This document shows positions 56,710-64,000 of a stretch of 64,000 bases of DNA, piece by piece. The position numbers and the translations under genes were made by a program. The stretch is from Octopus vulgaris (lineage: Eukaryota). The DNA lies in the NCBI GenBank assembly GCA_951406725.2, contig OX597817.1, forward strand, positions 169,322,001 to 169,386,000. The letters are read 5' to 3'. The stretch's first letter is position 1. Each line of letters starts with the position of its first letter. A model generated the notes under the pieces. That model was not told the origin of the DNA, did not search any database, and saw nothing but the letters and a program-made list of their open reading frames with translations.

Positions 56710-57010
56710 AAAGGCATATGGCTTAGTGGTTAGGGATATTAGTTCACAATCGTAAGGTTGTGAATTCGATACCAGATGGTGCGTTGTGTCCTTGAGCAAG
56801 ACAATTTATTTCACATTGTTCAAATCCACTCAGCTGGCAAAAATAAGTAGATGCTGTATATCAAAGGGCCAGCCTTGTCACATTCTGAGAAATATGTGAA
56901 AGGTACACATGTCTGTGGAGTTCTCAGCCACTTGCATGTTAACTTCATGAATAGACTGTTCTGTTTATTGGATGAAATAGAACCCTCATCATCCTAATTG
57001 ATGGAATTCT
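56710..57010 (+). mobile_element. Old SINE C-related copy
   Basis: Head like 53336, tail like 48410-48580, CpG-decayed. Confidence 0.7.
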
Positions 57011-57069
57011 GGTTAATTATTTTCATGTTGTTTAGTATAGGCCATATCAAATCAGGCTGATTGATATCA

Positions 57070-57830
57070 TATGTGACAGACATATATAGTATGAGCAAAT
57101 TACAAGCTGCAACCCACAGATCTAGTGTGACCAATCTACTAGCCACTCTCATGTGGCCATTATATTGTGTGTGACCCAAAAGATCTAGAATGGACAAATG
57201 ACAGGTTGTAACCCACAGATCCAGTAAAGGCAAATGTCTAGCTATAGCTCACAGGTCTAATATGATCCCCAAATCTAGTCAGGTTTGAAAGACATGGTAT
57301 GTCCTACAGATCCAGCATGGGCCCAGAAATATAGTAAAGGCAAATGACTAATTGTGACCTGCATATCAATCGGACAAATGACTAGCTGTTACCACTAGAT
57401 TTAATGTAGACAAACTCATGTGCTAGGTATGACTCAAAAATCTAGCTGTGGGCAACTGTCTATGCTTGACCCACAGATTTCTGTGGTTAACTGATAAGCT
57501 GTGATTGCCAGATCTGCAGTGGGCAAATGACTATATGTGATCATATTCATCATTAGCATTTAATGTCTGTTTTCCATGCTGGCATGTGTTGGACCATTTG
57601 ACAAAAACTGGCAAGGCCAGGAGCAAGACCAAGTTCTCAGGTTCCATAGTCTGTTTTGGTATGGTTTCTGCAGCTGGATACCTTTCTGAACACTAACCAC
57701 TTTACAGAGTGTACTGGGTGCTTTTTACATGGCACCAGCATTGGGCAAATTGTTTGAGCTACTGTGGCCAAATTACTAAATACAGATCTAGTGCAGTCAA
57801 AATATTAGGTTCTTTCACAGATCATAGAGC
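57070..57830. repeat. Highly degenerate ~36-38-bp minisatellite interrupted by a family D copy (57545-57741)
   Basis: Recurring gtgacccacagatctagt.tgggcaaatgactagct-like unit. Confidence 0.65.
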
Positions 57831-57906
57831 AAACCCACACATTTTTCTAGTCATATTCTACACACTATGATGCTATTCAGCTAACATTTACACACACACA
57901 CACACA

Positions 57907-58091
57907 CGGTGGCACGTAAAAAGCACCCACTACACTCACGGAGTGGTTGGTGTTAGGAAGGGCATCCAGCTGTAGAAACGTTGCCAGATAAGACCAGAGC
58001 CTGGTGCAGCCTTCTGGCTTCCCAGATCCCCGGTCGAACTGTCCAACCCATGCTAGCATGGAGAACGGACGTTAAACGATGATGATGATGA

Positions 58092-58095
<4 letters not shown>
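57907..58095 (+). mobile_element. Family D element (RTE-like 3' tail ending in (GAT)n)
   Basis: ggttggcgttaggaagggcatccagctgtagaaac...ggacgttaaacgatgatgat. Five copies in the window. Confidence 0.8.
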
Positions 58096-58143
<48 letters not shown>

Positions 58144-58299
58144 CCATAATATCCCTGAAATAGCTGTAAGACTATTTCCTTATAAATGTCTTGAAAACTC
58201 CTCACAGCCTTGGCTTTGTTATCTCATTCTGTCTAATATATATATGCATGCACTTGTATGACTATCGAACCAAGAGTTTAACTACAGTCTGTTCATAGC

Positions 58300-59490
58300 A
58301 ATTACTTAGCATTACCTGCAACTCTTTGGGTCTTCTAGATACCAATACCTCTCATACCCTCACTTCCTCGCTAATGCAAGCACTTATTACAGGTAACACT
58401 TTCATAATGGATAAACAATTCCTTGGCATCTCTCTTAAGGACATACCCATTCCTTCACAAAAGACTTTCCTCTTACTCCTCCTCACCAAAACTAAGGACC
58501 TCATCCGAAGAATGTAATGGACAGCCTTCTTCCACAACAACCAAAAATATCGAAGCGATAGTAACACCAGCACATACAACCTCCGATCATATAAACACCC
58601 TCCACACAATCCCCAACTCAACAAATTTGAAGCAGATATGCTTCATATGATTAGAAACATTAAATTCTCCAAATATAAATTCCACTTTCAAAAAAAAAAA
58701 AACTTTCACAGTGGCTGTGTGGTAAGTAGCTTGCTAACCAACCACATGGTTCCGGGTTCAGTCCCACTGCGTGGCATCTTGGGCAAGTGTCTTCTGCTAT
58801 AGCCCCGGGCCGACTAATGCCTTGTGAGTGGATTTGGTAGACGGAAACTGAAAGAAGCCTGTCGTATATATGTGTGTGTATGTGTTTGTGTGTCTGTGTT
58901 TGTTCCCCTAGCATTGCTTGACAACTGATGCTGGTGTGTTTATGTCCCCGTCACTTAGCGGTTCGGCAAAAGAGACCGATAGAATAAGTACTGGGCTTAC
59001 AAAGATTAAAATCCCAGGGTCGATTTGCTCGACTAAAGGTGGTGCTCCAGCATGGCCGCAGTCAAATGACTGAAACAAGTAAAAGAGTAAAAAGAGAGAG
59101 ATACCATAAAACTAATCATTTCATCCCCTAAATTATATATCTTCTTGGATAAAACAGGAAACATGTATCCTATTACCATCAAGGAATACAACAAATTCAT
59201 AAAGAAGGAACTCAACTAATCTTACAAGCTGGCACCAACATCCACCCTTGACGACATCAACACCAACCACTGCAAACTTATAAAGAAATTACACATGGAT
59301 GACCACACAGAACCATACTGCCCTTCACCTCCACACTTCAACCTCAAAGATCATAAAAAGGACTTTATAACCAAACCATCAATATGCCTCATATGCCCCA
59401 CCAAATCCAACCTGGGAAGAATAAGTAAAAATATTTTGGACAAAATAATACCAATCGTCAAGGAGAGATTAAATGTCAACTTATGGTCCT
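58300..59490 (+). mobile_element. Penelope-like element ORF N-terminal fragment split by a SINE A (58710-59095)
   Basis: SLKDIPIPS...LIRRM*WTAFF...FEADM..MIRNIKF / LDKTGNMY...LKDHKKDF..KP..CLI.P.KSNLGRISK.ILDKI. Pseudo-LTR-like piece upstream at 58145-58240. Confidence 0.7.
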
Positions 59491-60443
59491 GTACATTATT
59501 ATACATATTATATATATGTACAACAGGCTTCTTTCATTGTCTACCAAATCCATTGATAAGGCTTTGGTCAACTTGGGGCTACAGTAGAAGACGCTTGTCC
59601 AAGATATCGCATGGTGAGACTGAACTGAAAACCATATGGTTGGAGGTAAACTACACCATACAACCTCACCTGCATTTCACATCTATGCTTGGGTCTTGTT
59701 AAAAGACTAAAACTTAGTTACTGAAATTCAATAGAATTTGAATTAGTATAACTAACCAAGAATAGCAGAGGAACTTGATTCCATGATGGAAGTGTTTTTC
59801 CTATTCTTGAAATTCTTGTGACATTTATACTTGGCTCACTAAGTTTCTTATTAAGTACGTGTTCAGCATTTGCATTTTGTCTGTACCTGCTTATAGGTAC
59901 TGTAACTAAGTGAGTCGAGATTTCACTTAAATTTCATTAGAACAATCAAATGAGAAGCTTTGTTAAGTTACTTACAAAGCATCAACCCTCGGGCTAGGTT
60001 TGCCAAACCTTTAAAATTATTGTATAGATATCATGCTATTTCATTATTTAAATTTTTTTTAATATATATTTTCAAAGAAAAAAATAAGCAGAGAAAGGTC
60101 ACAGGGTCATGTTGTGCTGTGTCAATTGTGTTATGCAAAATGTCAGCTTGCGTTAGTAGTGATGTATAAATATCAATAGCAGATTTAGAAATGGTTGTGT
60201 AACAAAAGATGGCAACAATTCATTTAAATGATAGAATAATGGCTGACATGCTGATGGGAAATATGGTAATGTAGACTGCAGTGTGCCAGGGGAATAAGGT
60301 AGATAGATTGTTGGGAAGTGGAAATATGGTTAGGTAGTTTACAGAGAAATGGGAATATGGTAAGATATACTGCAGAGATATGGGAATATGGTGGTGCATT
60401 CTAGAAGTTTTGAGACTTTTTCAGGAGAGACATTTATTAATTT

Positions 60444-60805
60444 TATGTTTATGAATTTGTTTTGCAAGATTCTTGATGTGAAACCGTGTGTTGAAACAAA
60501 TATTGTTATACTTTGGGATGGTCATTTTTGTTTTTTGCCAAATAAACACATGCACTATAAATTCATTCTTCCCTCATTTATTATTGTTCTTATTTTATCT
60601 TATGTCCACAGTCTGTAGATATTTCATCACGCATCTGAACAGTATACGAGGATACATGTGGTATACAAGAGTCGCTGAAGAGGTCACAGGTGTGTGATGA
60701 AAGATTTCCAAACAATGGAAATAAAATAAAATAAGAACAACACTAAATGAGTGATGAACAAATATATAGTGCGTGTGTTTATTTGGCATCCTGAAATATA
60801 ACAAT
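60444..60805. mobile_element. Fold-back (inverted pseudo-LTR-like) insertion with 14-bp flanking direct repeat
   Basis: Arms gccaaataaacacatgcactata... / ...tatagtgcgtgtgtttatttggc. acatttattaattt at 60430 and 60806. ctgaaga in the spacer. Confidence 0.6.
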
Positions 60806-60840
60806 ACATTTATTAATTTATTTTAAAGTTGTACAAAACT

Positions 60841-61300
60841 CTAATTCCTTTTTGAGTAGGACCCTCTAACTGCAATGCACAACTCCAGCCACTTCATTAA
60901 GGGCCCATAGAAGTCCTCCAAAGTGAAGGTACTCAGGACCCTTGTTACAGCTTCTTTCATCTTCTCAATGTTTTCAAAACTAGTGCCCTTGAGGTTCTCC
61001 TTCAGCTTGGGGAACAGCCAAAAGAGTCTCGGATAAGGTCTGGACTGCAAGGAGGGTGACAAAGAGTTTTGATGCCCGTCTTTGTCAAGTAGTTGGTTAC
61101 TAGGATGGAATTGTGGGCTGGTGCATTATCCTGGTACAGGTACCACCAACCAGAGTGGGAGAGCTCTGACCTTTTGTGATAAAATTTCTTCCTGAACTTT
61201 GTCAAAAACCTTTGCAAAGTACTCTTTGTTGACTGTCTGGCCAGAAGGAACCCCCACAGACATTGATAATGCCCTTAATGTTGAAGACAGGTATCACCAT
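60841..61300 (-). mobile_element. Mariner transposase pseudogene fragment (C-terminal DDD region)
   Basis: QDNAPAH...HPPCSPDL, FWLFPKLKENLKG..F, CIAVRGSY, with frameshifts. Confidence 0.85.
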
Positions 61301-61680
61301 GAGCTTCCCCGTGATTCCAGGTTCAGTTCCACTGCATGACACCTTGAGCAAGTATCTTCTACCATAGCCTCGGGTCAACAAAAGCCTTGTGAATGGATTT
61401 GGTAGGCGGAAACTGAAAGAAGCCCATTGTATATATATATGTGAGTGTGTGTGTGTGTGCGTGTGTGTGTGTTTATGTGTCTGTGTTTGTACCCGCAACA
61501 TCGCTTGACAACCAATGCTGGTGTGTTTACGTCCCTGTCACTAGCGTTTCAAGAGAGACTGATAGAATAAGTACTGGGCTTACAAAGAATAAGTCCTGGG
61601 GTTGATTTGCTAGACTAAAGGCAGTGCTCCAGCATGGCTGCAGACAAATGACTGAAACAACTAAAAGATAAAAGAAAGAA
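61300..61680 (+). mobile_element. SINE family A, CpG-decayed
   Basis: Matches the family A consensus with many CG>TG/CA changes. Confidence 0.85.
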
Positions 61681-61842
61681 TACATGAGCAAATATGTATT
61701 GCTGTGTATATGTAACAGTATCTGTGTCTATGTTTATAGACTTAAAACTGCAAGTTATGTTTGAGTCCATTCCTGTAGGGTAATTTAGCAGTCTGACAAA
61801 TAGATCTCAATAAAATATGTACTAGACCAAAATATATATACT

Positions 61843-62108
61843 AGCCAGCATCGCCTGGCCCCGTGCCAGTGACACGTAAAAGCACCATCCGTTCGTGGCC
61901 GTTTGCCAGCTCTGTCTGGCACCTGTGCGGGTGGCATGTAAAAAGCACCCACTACACTCACGGAGTGGTTGGCGTTAGGAAGGGCATCCAGCCGTAGAAA
62001 CACTGCCAGATCTGACTGGGCCTGACGAAGCCTTCCAGCTTCACAGACCCCAGTTGAACCGTCCAACCCATGCTAGCATGGAAAGCGGACGCTAAATGAT
62101 GATGATGA
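61843..62108 (+). mobile_element. Family D element
   Basis: Same tail as 57907-58095. Confidence 0.8.
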
Positions 62109-62388
62109 GGTGATATAATTCACTACATCCATGAATGCATGGTTGCAACCCAGTTATCAAATTCACTGAATTAATATGTGTGTGTGTGTGTGTGTGTTGA
62201 ACATGTGAAGTTAACCCTTATGTTTTATCCTGGGCTGTCTTTTCTTATTTTTAGCTTCCTTCCTCTCTTCCTTCTCGTCGCAGTCTCTCGTGGCTAAACA
62301 GTTTCCTCTAGTATTTGACAAAGGACCATGACTAAAACATACTATTTTCTTTATAACACATGCGGACTGCATGGAATATCGCTGCAGT

Positions 62389-62771
62389 GTGGAGGCGCAA
62401 TGGCCCAGTGGTTAGGGCAGCGGACTCGCGGTCATAGGATCGCGGTTTCGATTCCCAGACCGGGCGTTATGAGTGTTTATTGAGCGAAAACACCTAAAGC
62501 TCCACGAGGCTCCGGCAGGGATGGTCGTGATCCCTGTTGTACTCTTTCACCACAACTTTCTCTCACTCTTACTTCCTGTTTCTGTTGTATCTGTATTTCA
62601 AAGGGCCGGCCTTGTCACTCTCTGTGTCATGCTGAATATCCCCGAGAACTACGTTAAGGGTGCACGTGTCTGTGGAGTGCTCAGCCACTTACACGTTAAT
62701 TTCACGAGCAGGCTGTTCCGTTGATTCGGATCAACCGGAACCCTCGTCGTCGTAACCGACGGAGTGCTTCC
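62389..62771 (+). mobile_element. SINE family C, full length, 13-bp TSD
   Basis: TSD atatc(g/a)ctgcagt at 62376 and 62777. Confidence 0.9.
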
Positions 62772-62776
62772 ATCCC

Positions 62777-63345
62777 ATATCACTGCAGTAGTTCTGTCGT
62801 CAAAGTGTGATAGCTTTAGGAAGCATGGGCCAGAAATGGGAGTATGGTGGTTCTTCCAGGGTTTATTGACCTTGATGTTCTTCAGGTGCCCTTGTTTGGC
62901 TAAAGATGGTGGGTAGCCATTCAGAGTTAGATCTTGGAGGAACTGTTTGGTGTAGACAGCTTTGTTGGTCACGTTGCTGTAATTATTGTTTATATGTGCA
63001 ATCTCCTTTCTCACGTATACGGCGTTGGCTCTGGTGGGCAAGGCTGATTCAACCACAGCCAATAACTTTGGAAAGTTGAACTATAAACTTTTATGCTTCT
63101 TTTTCGTCTCTCTTTCTAGCTTATTCTTTTACTCCCTTCCTCTATGTTGTCACCTTCTTGATATGTACCATTCTCATTCTCATTTTCCATATCCTCCCCC
63201 CAATTTGTGTCTGATGACAAAATATCTCATACTCAAGGATATCCCAGAAACAGCTGTAAAATTTTGAAATTCTTCCTATAATAATATTGCATATAGCTTC
63301 AGATGTTTGCCTTGCCTTAGTGTTTGACATCCTCTTTAACAATTA
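62777..63345 (-). mobile_element. Penelope-like RT thumb/linker fragment with an inverted pseudo-LTR carrying a decayed hammerhead (63211-63258, + strand)
   Basis: Minus ORF ...FLQDLTLNGYPPSL...CFLKL. Plus strand CUGAUGA...auauc/gauau...GAAA-CAGCUGUA. Confidence 0.6.
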
Positions 63346-63354
63346 TATATATAT

Positions 63355-63811
63355 CATCATCATCATCATCATCGTTTAATGTCCGTTCTCCATGCTAGCA
63401 TGGGTTGGACGGTTCGACTGGGGATCTGGGAAGCCAGAAGGCTGCACCAGGCTCCAGTCTTATCTCGCAATGTTTCTACAGCTGGATGCCCTTCCTAACG
63501 CCAACCACTCCGTGAGTGTAGTGGGTGCTTTTTAAGTGCCACCCGCACAGGTGCCAGGCGAGGCTGGTATCGGCCACGGTCGGATTGGTGCATTTTACGT
63601 GCCACCTGTATGGAAGCCAGTCGAGGCGGCACTGGCTTCGGCCACGATTCGGATGGTGCTTTTTACGTGCCACCGACACGGAAGCCAGTCGAGGTGGCGC
63701 TGGCATCGGCCACGATTCGGATAGTGCTTTTTATGCATCTCCAGTCCAGGGGTCCTGGCATCTGCCGGGTGCCAGTCATAGGATTGGTTCAATTTCGATT
63801 CCGATTTCACT
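63355..63811 (-). mobile_element. Long family D element with three to four internal ~68-bp tandem units
   Basis: Unit ggtgctttttacgtgccaccgacacggaagccagtcgaggtggcgctggcatcggccacgattcggat repeated over 63523-63735. Confidence 0.8.
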
Positions 63812-64000
63812 TATATATATATATACACACACATATATATATACATATATACATATATATATACACACATATATATAAACATATATAAACATATATATCT
63901 ACATATGTATATACATATATATACATATATATAAACATATATATTTACAAACATACAACGATTTCATCTCAATTGAAGGAGAGGGGCTTTCTCCATCCGG

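Overview
Eukaryotic, AT-rich, extremely repeat-dense DNA. The repeat families and microsatellite load look like a coleoid cephalopod, most likely Octopus (recognition from memory, not proven). The one clear protein-coding feature is the first coding exon of a proton/myo-inositol cotransporter (SLC2A13/HMIT-like, + strand, 5506-5968). No second exon is visible, so the remaining ~58 kb is probably one giant first intron. A probable symmetric phase-1 exon of an unidentified upstream gene lies at 502-690. The rest is microsatellites, several tRNA-derived and RTE-tailed SINE families, fragments of CR1-type, R4/Dong-type and Penelope-like retroelements, mariner/hAT/piggyBac/Mutator/Merlin-like MITEs, and two non-autonomous Helitrons. 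Most interesting: (i) a set of type I hammerhead-ribozyme motifs in Penelope-like pseudo-LTR remnants, one with a fully canonical core (12541-12621, minus strand); (ii) a switch to CpG depletion at about 52 kb inside the intron; (iii) an 84-nt pre-miRNA-like hairpin at 33877-33960; (iv) retroelements that repeatedly stack up in particular microsatellites. Almost all long ORFs in the supplied track are microsatellite translations.
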